From an uncultured bacterium (lineage in GTDB: Bacteria; Patescibacteriota; Saccharimonadia; Saccharimonadales; Saccharimonadaceae), in the NCBI GenBank assembly GCA_938017895.1, contig CALIJI010000010.1, positions 15,045-79,044 on the forward strand: a stretch of 64,000 nt of DNA, given 5' to 3'. Shown piece by piece: positions 1 through 9,364 of this stretch. The first letter of the stretch is position 1; each line of letters starts with the position of its first letter. A program made the translations under genes and the position numbers. Below the pieces are notes generated by a model, which had not been told where the DNA came from, did not search any database, and was given only the letters and a program-made list of their open reading frames with translations.

Positions 1-174
1 TCGATAATTGATAAAAGCCCACACACCAAAAGCGCCTATTCCAACTAGTGCAATTGATAAAAGAATTATTACAATCGTTGAACCTTCAACTTCTCCTCTT
101 CTATTTTTTTTCATATCTCTATTATACTTATGGTTAGTATTTTTTTCAAGAACTTTCATAACAATAAACGTTAA

Positions 175-369
175 TTAATCTTGCGAAAAATCTCTACTCA
201 CAATTTCAATCTCATTAGAAATATTATCCAGATCTGATTCGACTTCATTTACTAGATTAATTGCACTCTTGTATTTGCCTGAAATTTCTTCGATTGAAAC
301 CTCTCCATTCTCAATCTCTGATAAGATCTTGTCAATCTGTATTATTTTATCATTAATTTTGTTTGACAT
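175..369 (-). CDS. xseB: Exodeoxyribonuclease VII small subunit
   Basis: 64-aa coiled-coil-like small protein. It overlaps the end of the upstream xseA ORF by 17 nt, the typical xseA-xseB arrangement. Confidence 0.75.
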   Translation of the reverse strand: MSNKINDKIIQIDKILSEIENGEVSIEEISGKYKSAINLVNEVESDLDNISNEIEIVSRDFSQD

Positions 370-1597
370 TTTTTACCTCCGCTGTTATTTTTTTATCAAT
401 TGTCTCAATCAAAATCTGCTCACCAACTTCTATACTACCTCTCAAAATTGCATATCCTTGACGTAAGATTCTTTGTGGATTGAGGTTTTCTAGTAGTCGT
501 TTTTTTGCTAAAATATCATCTCGCCGCTGTTCGATTATAGATAATAATTTCGTTCGGATTTTATCTTTTTTAGAATTATTTTGTTTTTTTATTAATTCTA
601 TATTTTCTAAAATTCGTTCGCCTGCTCTTAATATCTTTGAATGCAAAAAACGAATCTCCGCCAACTTATCAGGCGACAAAATTTGTGCTACATTACTAGG
701 GGTCGAAGCTGCGTAATCTGCCGCCAGATCACATAAACTCTCATCAATTTCGTGGCCAATTCCAGTAATTATCGGCACACGAGAAGCAGCTACAGCGCGA
801 ACTAGACGTTCATCATTAAAAACCGCCAGATCATCAGTACTGCCACCACCCCGAATAATCGCAATCACTTCTGGCAATTCTTCACAAGAATTAAAATACT
901 CGATCGCCCTAATAATCTGATCCGCCGCTACCAAACCCTGAACTTGCGTATGTGCAACACGAATTTTAAGACCGCTCCATCGCTCATTGATAATCTTAAT
1001 AAAATCGGCAAACCCAGCAGCCTGCGTACTGGATATTATAGCAATTCGCTGTGGATTTTGCGGTAAATCACGCTTACGGTCTTTATCAAAAAGACCTTCA
1101 CGCGCCAGCTTCTGTTTTAATATGTCAAAAGATTTTTTAAGACTGCCTTCACCTTTCGGAATTATTTTTTCAACTGTTAGGCTAAATTTGCCCCAGTCGG
1201 TTAATTTAGGTCTAACCTCAGCTACAATTTTCATACCATCTTCAAGCGGAAATCGCATTTGCCAGACCGTCATAAAACAACTCAGGCTAGATCGCTCATC
1301 CTTGAGGTCAAAAAACACAAATTTCTTTTGATTGATTTTAAAACTAGAAACCTCACCCTCGATCAATACACTCGGAAAACTTTTTTCAAAAATATCATTC
1401 GAGACAGCTACAAAATCCGACACACTAAAAATAATTTCGCGATTTGCTGGATCTGTAGAATCGTATTTATTCAAAAGCGATATTTGGTCTTCAACTAAAT
1501 CATCAAACTCACTAAAATCAAAATTCATATGCTTTATTATAGCATAATCTAAAAAGTTTTTCTCGCCCCACATTAAAACAAAAAAAGACATCTGCAT
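353..1597 (-). CDS. xseA: Exodeoxyribonuclease VII large subunit
   Basis: OB-fold N-terminus (FSVSDFVA..IEGEVSSF) followed by a catalytic domain with a conserved GGGS..D region. The true start is probably the internal Met near 1528 (MNFDFSEF). Confidence 0.85.
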   Translation of the reverse strand: MQMSFFVLMWGEKNFLDYAIIKHMNFDFSEFDDLVEDQISLLNKYDSTDPANREIIFSVSDFVAVSNDIFEKSFPSVLIEGEVSSFKINQKKFVFFDLKDERSSLSCFMTVWQMRFPLEDGMKIVAEVRPKLTDWGKFSLTVEKIIPKGEGSLKKSFDILKQKLAREGLFDKDRKRDLPQNPQRIAIISSTQAAGFADFIKIINERWSGLKIRVAHTQVQGLVAADQIIRAIEYFNSCEELPEVIAIIRGGGSTDDLAVFNDERLVRAVAASRVPIITGIGHEIDESLCDLAADYAASTPSNVAQILSPDKLAEIRFLHSKILRAGERILENIELIKKQNNSKKDKIRTKLLSIIEQRRDDILAKKRLLENLNPQRILRQGYAILRGSIEVGEQILIETIDKKITAEVKNVKQN

Positions 1598-1659
1598 TTC
1601 GATAATACTTTAGCAAATGTCTTTTATGGATTATAAGTTATTTAACAAATATTTTTAAC

Positions 1660-3015
1660 TTACAAGTTAATTTTTGATTTTTTTCGATAAATGACTACAC
1701 CACTAGTTAATGCAATAAGAACAGCCGAGGCTAGTATAATCCAACCGAATACATCATTGTTATCTGATTTTTTAAATCCAGTTTGCGGAGTTTTTGGAGC
1801 TGCCTCACTGCGAGGAGCTTCAGCTGGCTTTTCAGTTTTAACTTCTTTTGCTGGTTCAGTTGGTTTTTGTTTAATAGCTTCAAGATCAGCTTGAGTTAAG
1901 ATACCCTTGATTGGCACTTCATGCACACCATTGCCTTGGAATATTACCGATCCGTCTTTTGCAGTTACCGTAACTTTATATTTGATATTCTTGAGTTTGC
2001 CATTAACTAGGTCAATATTAGCTTGAGCTGCTGGGTCAGGGTTTAGCTCTATTGGAAAATCAAACCCAGAAGAAGTCTTCAAATTCTGTTGTTCTAAAAC
2101 CTTAACATTACCGGCCAAGCCTTCACTATCAAAGCCAAATTTAAAACCAGTTCGCGGAGTTTCCATGATTAGCTTATCTGCATTAACCCTATTACTATCA
2201 TCAAAGATAAAATTCGATCCAGTATTTCGCTCAGCCTTATATTTACTAAATAGAACTGGCGAATCTTTCTCTAGTTCTATTTTGATATTAGCATCTTTCC
2301 AATTGCTTTTTGTCTCTATACCAAAGACTAAGTTTCCCCTTTTAGTATCAGAATTAAAACTAGAACTACTGCGCCATATTGTATCACTATATGAAAGTCT
2401 TTTAGTGTAACCATTAACTTTAATATGCTTGCTAAATACTTCTCGGTCATTTACTGCAGCAAAAGTACGAACATCATAATTGGGTGAAGAATCTACTAAT
2501 GGGTAACTAGCATGAATATTAGAAAAAATAAAACCTATTTTATTAACATTCTGACCTGCCACATCCTGATTAAAGGTAACCTTCCATTTACTCCAAGGCA
2601 CAGCATCTTCAACTTTATAAGCATCAAACTGGGCAATACCTGCGGCATCAGTTTTATATGAAGAATAAGTATGGCGACCCTTATTGGACTCAACAACTTT
2701 GGCAGTTGTTACAGTTTTGCCATTAGCTTTAATGTCGAAGTCTCGAATTTCACCCATACCAGCGATACCCTTTTGGTAAATAAAGAAGTAGTCACCAGGA
2801 TTGACTGTTTCCTGAATATCAAAGTCCATTCCAAAACTATACCAGCGATCATCGACCGCAACCTTATCTACTTTAGGGTCAGCTTTAAGCTGAATATTAG
2901 GTGAGGTTAAAATCTTTGTGAGCTGTTTTGGTGTATCAGCAAAAGCTGGTCGCACCAAAGCTCCACCAGTAATCGCAATCGCCAAAATTGCTGCGATCTT
3001 AATTTTATATTTCAT
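1660..3015 (-). CDS. Secreted surface protein with a sortase-like C-terminal sorting signal (PQTG, TM helix, basic tail)
   Basis: N-terminal signal peptide MKYKIKIAAILAIAITGGALVRPAFA. C-terminus KTPQTGFKK..WIILASAVLIALTSGVVIYRKKSK. Strong SD (AAAAGGAG) upstream. Confidence 0.5.
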   Translation of the reverse strand: MKYKIKIAAILAIAITGGALVRPAFADTPKQLTKILTSPNIQLKADPKVDKVAVDDRWYSFGMDFDIQETVNPGDYFFIYQKGIAGMGEIRDFDIKANGKTVTTAKVVESNKGRHTYSSYKTDAAGIAQFDAYKVEDAVPWSKWKVTFNQDVAGQNVNKIGFIFSNIHASYPLVDSSPNYDVRTFAAVNDREVFSKHIKVNGYTKRLSYSDTIWRSSSSFNSDTKRGNLVFGIETKSNWKDANIKIELEKDSPVLFSKYKAERNTGSNFIFDDSNRVNADKLIMETPRTGFKFGFDSEGLAGNVKVLEQQNLKTSSGFDFPIELNPDPAAQANIDLVNGKLKNIKYKVTVTAKDGSVIFQGNGVHEVPIKGILTQADLEAIKQKPTEPAKEVKTEKPAEAPRSEAAPKTPQTGFKKSDNNDVFGWIILASAVLIALTSGVVIYRKKSKINL

Positions 3016-3065
3016 TCTTCTCCTTTTCTACCAATAAAGGTGAATATTAACTCGTTTATGTTTAT

Positions 3066-3096
3066 ATTCTACCCCCCCCCCTGTATATTTTGTCAA
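3066..3096 (-). promoter_or_regulatory. Candidate promoter TTGACA-N9-G10-TAGAAT (19-bp spacer containing a G10 homopolymer) for the 1660-3015 surface protein gene
   Basis: On the minus strand there is a perfect -35 TTGACA (3091-3096), a G10 tract (C10 on the plus strand, 3072-3081) and a -10 TAGAAT (3066-3071), about 50 nt upstream of the SD/ATG. Confidence 0.55.
3072..3081. repeat. Homopolymeric C10/G10 tract
   Basis: Ten consecutive C residues in a ~35% GC genome, lying in a divergent intergenic region. Confidence 0.9.
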
Positions 3097-3121
3097 GTAT
3101 GTTCTTAAAATCAGTTAAATC

Positions 3122-3139
3122 TGCTATAATAAAATAATG
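3122..3139 (+). promoter_or_regulatory. Extended -10 promoter (TGcTATAAT) with the ATG 6 nt downstream, giving a leaderless transcript for the 3137 gene
   Basis: TGnTATAAT at 3122-3130 and the start codon at 3137, with no SD. Confidence 0.45.
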
Positions 3140-4366
3140 AAAATTGCAATCTTGGGCAGGCAGCCCGCCATTGGAATCGCTGAACTAGAAAGTGTTTTTG
3201 GTGGTGAAAAAATCCGTGTTTTAAATCGTGAGGTGGCTTTAGTAGACTCCACTAAGCTTAATGTTTCTCATTTTGGTAGTATTTTAAAAACCGGTGAGAT
3301 AGTTCATGAGATAGAGTCAACCGATTGGCATAAGATAAAACCGATTGTTCTGGAAAAAGTTCTAGACGACGCCAAAAAAGCAAATGGTAAAATCACGATG
3401 GGAATTTCAACTTACGGAGTCAGGACTTCCCCAAGAGAAATCTCAGACCTATTATCAAAAATAAAACAAAGCGCCAAAAAAGCTAGTATATCAATACGTA
3501 TAATCGACGGGCGCAAATTATCACTCTCTACTGCAATTTCGCACAACAACAAATTAGGGCTAAGCGATAAAAAACGAGAGATTATAATCGCAAGCTCCAA
3601 AAAGACGACCTTTATTGCTTTAAGCGAAGGTTCACAAAATATTTCTGCCTACGCCCGACGAGATCGAAACCGTCCACGACGCGACGCTTTTGTCGGGATG
3701 TTGCCGCCAAAATTAGCCCAGACAATGATCAATCTTGGCGCTGGCGAAAACCAACCACAGATAAAATTAACAAACAGCCCTACAAAAAATATAGACACTC
3801 CAAAACTACTTGATCCTTTTTGTGGCACCGGCACAGTTCTTCAAGAGGCAACCCTAAAAGGTTTTGAAGTTTTCGGAACAGATTTAAGCGACAAAATGAT
3901 TGATTTCTCGCAAGAAAATCTAGATTGGTTTGAGCAAGAATTTAGGCCACATGGCAAAATTGGCAAAATATATCAAGCTGATGCAACTCATGAAAAGTGG
4001 GATTTCGCGCCAAAACTTTCAACTGTAGTGTGCGAGACCTATCTTGGACAGCCCTTTTCTGCACCGCCATCACCAAAGAAGCTCACTGAAGTGCGCGAAA
4101 ACTGTAATCGTATAATCTCGAATTTCTTGAAAAATCTAGCCCGTCAAATTCAAGAAGGCACCCAAATTTGTATTGCTGTTCCAGCTTGGAAAACCCAAAA
4201 TGGCAATTTTTCTCACCTTCCGCTTGTTGACTTTTTGGAGGAACTCGGCTATAATAGGAGGGAATTTATGCGCGTTAAACCACAAGATTTAATATATTAT
4301 CGCGAAAATCAAGTTGTGGCGCGTGAATTATTAGTACTAATAAGGAGTAAAAATGTCAAAAGTTAA
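3137..4366 (+). CDS. SAM-dependent methyltransferase, UPF0020/Trm11-like (putative RNA m2G methyltransferase)
   Basis: Motif I DPFCGTGT, an upstream MLPPKLAQTMINLG motif, and an N-terminal domain consistent with a THUMP-like fold. Confidence 0.55.
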   Translation: MKIAILGRQPAIGIAELESVFGGEKIRVLNREVALVDSTKLNVSHFGSILKTGEIVHEIESTDWHKIKPIVLEKVLDDAKKANGKITMGISTYGVRTSPREISDLLSKIKQSAKKASISIRIIDGRKLSLSTAISHNNKLGLSDKKREIIIASSKKTTFIALSEGSQNISAYARRDRNRPRRDAFVGMLPPKLAQTMINLGAGENQPQIKLTNSPTKNIDTPKLLDPFCGTGTVLQEATLKGFEVFGTDLSDKMIDFSQENLDWFEQEFRPHGKIGKIYQADATHEKWDFAPKLSTVVCETYLGQPFSAPPSPKKLTEVRENCNRIISNFLKNLARQIQEGTQICIAVPAWKTQNGNFSHLPLVDFLEELGYNRREFMRVKPQDLIYYRENQVVARELLVLIRSKNVKS

Positions 4367-4631
4367 AGCTGGTGGTACAAGTAAGAACATCCACAACAAC
4401 GCTGGCCAACGCTTAGGCGTAAAACGATTTGGCGGTCAAAAAGTCAATGAGGGCGAAGTTCTCGTTCGACAAACTGGCGCAACCAAATTAGCTGGCGAAG
4501 GAACTTACATGAGCCGAAACTTTACAATCCATGCCGCTAAAAGTGGAGTTGTAAACTTTAAGCAAATCGCCAAAAAGAAATTTACAGGTAAAACTGAGCG
4601 ACGAACTGTAGTTGAAGTAATCGCTGCTTAA
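4353..4631 (+). CDS. rpmA: 50S ribosomal protein L27
   Basis: GGTSKN..RLGVKRFGG..G..LVRQ signature. Overlaps the upstream gene by 14 nt. Confidence 0.9.
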   Translation: MSKVKAGGTSKNIHNNAGQRLGVKRFGGQKVNEGEVLVRQTGATKLAGEGTYMSRNFTIHAAKSGVVNFKQIAKKKFTGKTERRTVVEVIAA

Positions 4632-4640
4632 TTTCAAAAA

Positions 4641-4676
4641 AATAAGCCTCTTCTCACGAATTGGCTTATTTTTTAT
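4641..4676. terminator. Bidirectional intrinsic terminator between convergent rpmA and the response regulator
   Basis: 8-bp stem AATAAGCC/GGCTTATT flanked by an A-run and a T-run. Confidence 0.6.
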
Positions 4677-4698
4677 ATATAGATTTATATGGCGGTTT

Positions 4699-5082
4699 TT
4701 ATGATTGGATTCCAAGATGGTGGCGAACTCGCTCTACTACATCAGAAATAACCACTTGAGATTTAACTAAATACTCATCAACGCCTAGAGATTCAGCTCG
4801 CTCCTTATCTTTTTCTTGACTTAAAGCGGTTAACATAATTACCGTAATATTCATCGTTTCAGGAGTATTCTTTAAAATATCAAGAACATCGAACCCAGAA
4901 ATTTTCGGCATCATTGCGTCCAGTAAAATTAAATCTGGACGATAAGCGATCGCGCTAGAAAGAGCCTGTTCACCATCATGAACTTCACACACGTCAAAAC
5001 CTTCCATTTCAAGACGAGCGCGATATACGCTTGCCAACATTTCATCATCTTCAACTAATAAGATCTTCTTCTTTATTTCCAT
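4699..5082 (-). CDS. Single-domain response regulator (CheY-like receiver)
   Basis: LLVEDD..D(54-like)..LT..K receiver motifs with no output domain. No histidine kinase is present in the window. Confidence 0.75.
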   Translation of the reverse strand: MEIKKKILLVEDDEMLASVYRARLEMEGFDVCEVHDGEQALSSAIAYRPDLILLDAMMPKISGFDVLDILKNTPETMNITVIMLTALSQEKDKERAESLGVDEYLVKSQVVISDVVERVRHHLGIQS

Positions 5083-5121
5083 AGCCGTATTATAACATAA
5101 GTTTTTTCAAAAAGCTATATT

Positions 5122-6309
5122 TTATTTTAGAGCTTCCTTAGCAGAGTCAAGCTGAGGGTCTTGGCCAGAATTTATTTGTTCAGAAGTAATTTTAACTTCT
5201 TTATCCGGAGAAATACCTTCACCATTAATATTTTTTCCGTTCGGCGTATACCACTTAGCTATAGTTACTTTTAAAATTGCACCATTATTGATCTTAATCG
5301 GTTCTTGAACACTGCCTTTACCATAAGTTTTAACACCATAAAAACGGGCAGCTTTATGATCTTTTAGGGCGCCAACAACAATCTCACTCGCACTCGCACT
5401 ACTGCCGTCGGCTATAACAATAGTCTCTACTCCTTCAAGAATATTATTACCATCCGCACGAACCTCATCGACGGTTTTCGTACCCTTTTTCTCTGACACA
5501 ATTAAGCTACCTTTTTTGAGCCATAAACTAGCCACCGATTGTGCAGCAGTAACATAACCGCCCCCATTTCCACGAAGGTCTAGAATAACTTTAGAAATTC
5601 CTTTCTGCTTGATCTCTTGTGCATATTTTTTAGCCAAATTACCGGTTTCGTTATCAAAACGAGAAATAGTCAAGATAGCAATTTTATTCGAAATATTCAA
5701 CTCAACGCTCGGATTGGAGATTTTGGCACGAGTAATCGAAAACTCTTTTTCTTCTTTATTTCGAGAGATTTTAATCTTTACACTAGTACCAGCTTCTCCT
5801 TTTATCTTGGATGTGATTTCATCAATACTCATACCAGAAACACTCTCACTATTAACCTCAAGAATAATATCTCCACTCTGAATACCAGATTCGATAGCTG
5901 GGTTATTTTTCAGAGCTCGGATAACAGTAGGAAGATTGTTACGGATGCCAATCTCAACTCCAATACCAGCACCAATATCGCCACTTAAACTTTTATTAAA
6001 TTCTTCTGCTTCTTTTGAGCCCATATAAGTCGTAAATTTATCACCAGTAGCATTAACTAGCCCCTTTGAAGCACCCTCGATTAATTTATTTTTATCAATA
6101 TTGCCATCAAATTTAGTAATTAAAGTTTTAAAAGTCTCTTGAACTGAATTTAAATCTAGCTCGTTAGTTTGCTTCTGAAGACCAAAAACAGGTGAAACTA
6201 AATTTAAAAGCTCGGTTTTTCGAGTCCCGCCAATAAAACCAACTATTAACATAACCCCCGAAATAACCACCGTAGTCGAGACATCGACTTTCCTACTCTC
6301 TCTATTCAT
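5122..6309 (-). CDS. ctpA: C-terminal processing (tail-specific) peptidase, S41 family, with a PDZ domain
   Basis: N-terminal TM anchor, a PDZ region, and the S41 motif LDLRGNGGG. Confidence 0.8.
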   Translation of the reverse strand: MNRESRKVDVSTTVVISGVMLIVGFIGGTRKTELLNLVSPVFGLQKQTNELDLNSVQETFKTLITKFDGNIDKNKLIEGASKGLVNATGDKFTTYMGSKEAEEFNKSLSGDIGAGIGVEIGIRNNLPTVIRALKNNPAIESGIQSGDIILEVNSESVSGMSIDEITSKIKGEAGTSVKIKISRNKEEKEFSITRAKISNPSVELNISNKIAILTISRFDNETGNLAKKYAQEIKQKGISKVILDLRGNGGGYVTAAQSVASLWLKKGSLIVSEKKGTKTVDEVRADGNNILEGVETIVIADGSSASASEIVVGALKDHKAARFYGVKTYGKGSVQEPIKINNGAILKVTIAKWYTPNGKNINGEGISPDKEVKITSEQINSGQDPQLDSAKEALK

Positions 6310-6339
6310 TATTTTATTATATCATAAGCAATTTTTAAA

Positions 6340-6371
6340 CTCAAAAAATCACCTCTTAGTTGAGGTGATTT
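6340..6371 (-). terminator. Intrinsic terminator downstream of the CHAP hydrolase gene
   Basis: 10-bp stem AAATCACCTC/GAGGTGATTT followed by a U-run on the minus strand. Confidence 0.6.
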
Positions 6372-6378
6372 ATTAAAT

Positions 6379-7557
6379 TTATTTGATATAGATATATTCA
6401 TGGAATTTATTTGTAGAAACACGCATTTGAGAGTATTCACCCCAGCGATTCCCATTCGAAGGAGTTGGCCAGTTATACTGGCTAATTGTCATCGTGCCGT
6501 CGCCATGAACTGATTCAACCCAAGCAACGTGACCATAGGCACCAATGTACATAACAGCGATAGACCCAGCCCGTGGAGTTGACCCTGTAGAAAATCCATG
6601 TCGTCGTGCTGAAGCTGGCCACATATTAGCGTTCCCCCACCAAAGAGGTTGATAGCCAGTTTCTTTGACAATTCTCCAAGCAGTATAGCTCACACATTGG
6701 CCACAACCGTAGCCTAGAGGATCATCTTTATAACTCCATACAGTAGATTGATCTACTACGCATCCCCAGCTAGAGCCCCAAGGATACGAGCTTCCAACTC
6801 CACCAGCCCCAAGATCAACCGAGGATCCACTACGTAGAAATCTCTGAGCCTCTTGTTGAATAATTCTATTCTGCTCGTCTTGCAGTTTAGCTTTTTGAGC
6901 CGATTGTTCCTGAGCGTATTTCTTATATTCAGCTTCTTCACCCTTTGTTTTTTCAAGCAAAGAATTTCGCTCATTGATTTTATCTTGCTTTTGCTTTTCA
7001 GATACTTTTTGGTCTTCTAGAACTTTTTTAACAGCATCTCGCTTTTGTTCAAGTTCTTTTTTGCGTTGCTTAATTTCACCAACTTTTTGCGTCAATGAAT
7101 CCTTCACAGAACTTTGATATTCTAGATTATCTAGTGCCTTAGAAAGATTTTCGCTACTCGCCAATCGTTCAATCGGTGTAATTTCTTCATCAACCGACAT
7201 ATCGGCCAGAGTTCTGCCTAAGGCCTTACGGTTTGCTTCAATTTTCTCCTCAGTTTCCTTAATTTCAATCTGAAGCTTATCATGCTGCGCCTGAGAAATT
7301 TTAATTTGATTCTCGATAGCAACTCGCTCTTTTTCAATAGAATTTAATTCATCCTGGATGTTTTGAGCTTTATTCTTAAGCTCATTTGCTTGACCTAAAG
7401 CCTCTTGTTCGCTCCTTTGAAGAGCATCAATCTGCTGCTGAAGCTCCGCCTTACGATCGGCCTGAGCTGGTTTTATGACATTCATCGCAAATACACTTGA
7501 TATAGCAAGCCCAAGCGATAATATTCCGTTTACTAAAATTTTCCTTTTCTTTACCAT
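6379..7557 (-). CDS. PcsB-like peptidoglycan hydrolase: signal peptide, long coiled coil and a C-terminal CHAP domain
   Basis: Signal peptide, about 230 aa of heptad-rich coiled coil, and a CHAP domain (Cys in GQCVSYTAW, His in GHVAWVESV). Lies immediately downstream of ftsX. Confidence 0.7.
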   Translation of the reverse strand: MVKKRKILVNGILSLGLAISSVFAMNVIKPAQADRKAELQQQIDALQRSEQEALGQANELKNKAQNIQDELNSIEKERVAIENQIKISQAQHDKLQIEIKETEEKIEANRKALGRTLADMSVDEEITPIERLASSENLSKALDNLEYQSSVKDSLTQKVGEIKQRKKELEQKRDAVKKVLEDQKVSEKQKQDKINERNSLLEKTKGEEAEYKKYAQEQSAQKAKLQDEQNRIIQQEAQRFLRSGSSVDLGAGGVGSSYPWGSSWGCVVDQSTVWSYKDDPLGYGCGQCVSYTAWRIVKETGYQPLWWGNANMWPASARRHGFSTGSTPRAGSIAVMYIGAYGHVAWVESVHGDGTMTISQYNWPTPSNGNRWGEYSQMRVSTNKFHEYIYIK

Positions 7558-7609
7558 TTTTTATTTTTTCCTGTCTATATTTTTATTATACCACATCAAA
7601 ATGCTTAAA

Positions 7610-8602
7610 TCAACTCTTATTTAGATATTTTCTTGTCGCAATCCAAGACGATACAACACCAATTAAAGAGCCCAAGAGCGCCAAGCAAGGAAATACAATG
7701 AATAAATAATTAGGCCACCTAGTTACAACCGGATCAAGTGTAATACCCCAATTTTCGATCTTGTTTAGAGATAGTGTTACTGCCGTATAACCTACACTAG
7801 TCGCAAAAACTGCAGCCAATATCCCTGAAATCATAGACTCTACAACAAAGGGACCCCGAATAAAACTATTTTCAGCACCAACAAGTTTCATCATATAAAT
7901 CTCTTCTCGCCGATTAAATATCGCCATACGAATAGTATTAAAGATTATTAAACCAGAAATCATTGCAAAAAGTGCTATTGCAAAAACGCCAACCTTTTCA
8001 ACCGTTGCAAAAGCGTTAGAAATAGTTTCGATAGATTCTTTTCGGCTACTTTTATAAGTTGGCTCTTTTGTCTTATGAAGATTTTCCTGGAAAATTTTAT
8101 CACTTTCAACTGTCTTTTTTAATTCAGCAGTATTACCGATATCTTCAAGAGTAACCGAAAAACTAGCCGGAAACTCATTCGACGCAACTTCAATCGCTTC
8201 TAGAGTAGTTTCGTCTTTTTCCTTAATCTTTTTTGAAGCATAATTCTTTTGGGCTTGTTCGTTAGACGTATATTCAACTTTCTTAACAGTCTTGAGATTT
8301 TTTAGAGTTTTGGTCATTTTAGCTACGTCGGTGTCTTTTACATCTTTTTTAAGATAAATAGAAACATCTATTTTTTCCGTTAGAGTATTAACAGTATTCA
8401 CAATACCCATACGGACCAAAAAAGATCCAAAAATTATCAAGAGCGTAATAGTCATCACTGCTGTCGCTGCTACCGATAGCCAAGCATTCCGACGAAAACT
8501 ATTTGCCCCATATTTTATTATTCGCCACAAAGTTAATAATTTACGCTTGCGGCGTTTTTGTTCCATCATAACTTTTGAATTTTGCTTTTTTTTCTTTGCC
8601 AT
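7610..8602 (-). CDS. ftsX: Cell division permease FtsX
   Basis: Four-TM FtsX topology with a large extracytoplasmic loop. The start overlaps the ftsE stop. Confidence 0.75.
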   Translation of the reverse strand: MAKKKKQNSKVMMEQKRRKRKLLTLWRIIKYGANSFRRNAWLSVAATAVMTITLLIIFGSFLVRMGIVNTVNTLTEKIDVSIYLKKDVKDTDVAKMTKTLKNLKTVKKVEYTSNEQAQKNYASKKIKEKDETTLEAIEVASNEFPASFSVTLEDIGNTAELKKTVESDKIFQENLHKTKEPTYKSSRKESIETISNAFATVEKVGVFAIALFAMISGLIIFNTIRMAIFNRREEIYMMKLVGAENSFIRGPFVVESMISGILAAVFATSVGYTAVTLSLNKIENWGITLDPVVTRWPNYLFIVFPCLALLGSLIGVVSSWIATRKYLNKS

Positions 8603-9345
8603 TATTGTTTATAACTCCCTTGCGACTGATCATGTGTAACCTTACCCTTATTGAGCGTAATTACACGACGTTTTAATTTATTAACAATCTCAACATTGTG
8701 GGTAGTCAGAACAACTGTCGTGCCGTAATTGTTAATTTTTTCAAGCAAACGAATAATATCCCAACTATGTTTCGGGTCAAGGTTACCTGTTGGCTCATCA
8801 GCAATTAGAATCTTTGGCTGACGAACGAGCGCACGAGCAATTGCTACCCGCTGGCGTTCTCCACCGCTAAGCTGCTGCGGAAAGTTTTTCTCCTTCCCTT
8901 CAAGACCGACTAGCTTAATAACTTTTGGTACAGTAGAGCGAATTTCATGATTATTCATCCCCACAATCTCCAAAGCAAAAGCAATATTTTCAAAAACAGT
9001 TCTGTTCGGTAAAAGTTTAAAATCCTGAAACACTACCCCGATCCGTCTGCGAAGAAGCGGAATATCCTTGTCTTTTAATTTATCATAATCAATCCCACCA
9101 ACGACAATCTTACCGCTAGTAGGTTTCTCCTCTCGCGTCAAAAGTTTAAGAAGTGTTGATTTTCCTGCACCACTAGTACCTACCAAAATTACAAATTCTT
9201 TTGGTTTAATATGAAGGCTAATTCGACTCAATGCTGGATGATCAGCGCTACCATAGGTTTTAGTTACACGGTCCAATAAAATCATAACTACTTTAATTAT
9301 ACTAACTTTTTCTATAACGGTCAAGCTTTTGATTTTATAGAACAA
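8602..9345 (-). CDS. ftsE: Cell division ATP-binding protein FtsE
   Basis: Walker A GTSGAGKST, ABC signature LSGGERQR, Walker B ILIADEP. Confidence 0.85.
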   Translation of the reverse strand: MFYKIKSLTVIEKVSIIKVVMILLDRVTKTYGSADHPALSRISLHIKPKEFVILVGTSGAGKSTLLKLLTREEKPTSGKIVVGGIDYDKLKDKDIPLLRRRIGVVFQDFKLLPNRTVFENIAFALEIVGMNNHEIRSTVPKVIKLVGLEGKEKNFPQQLSGGERQRVAIARALVRQPKILIADEPTGNLDPKHSWDIIRLLEKINNYGTTVVLTTHNVEIVNKLKRRVITLNKGKVTHDQSQGSYKQ

Positions 9346-9364
9346 ATATTTTAAAATTTGTTAA

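Noticed and set aside
5609-5988. Plus-strand ORFs of 90 and 123 aa inside ctpA
   Set aside because: They are antisense to a conserved peptidase gene.
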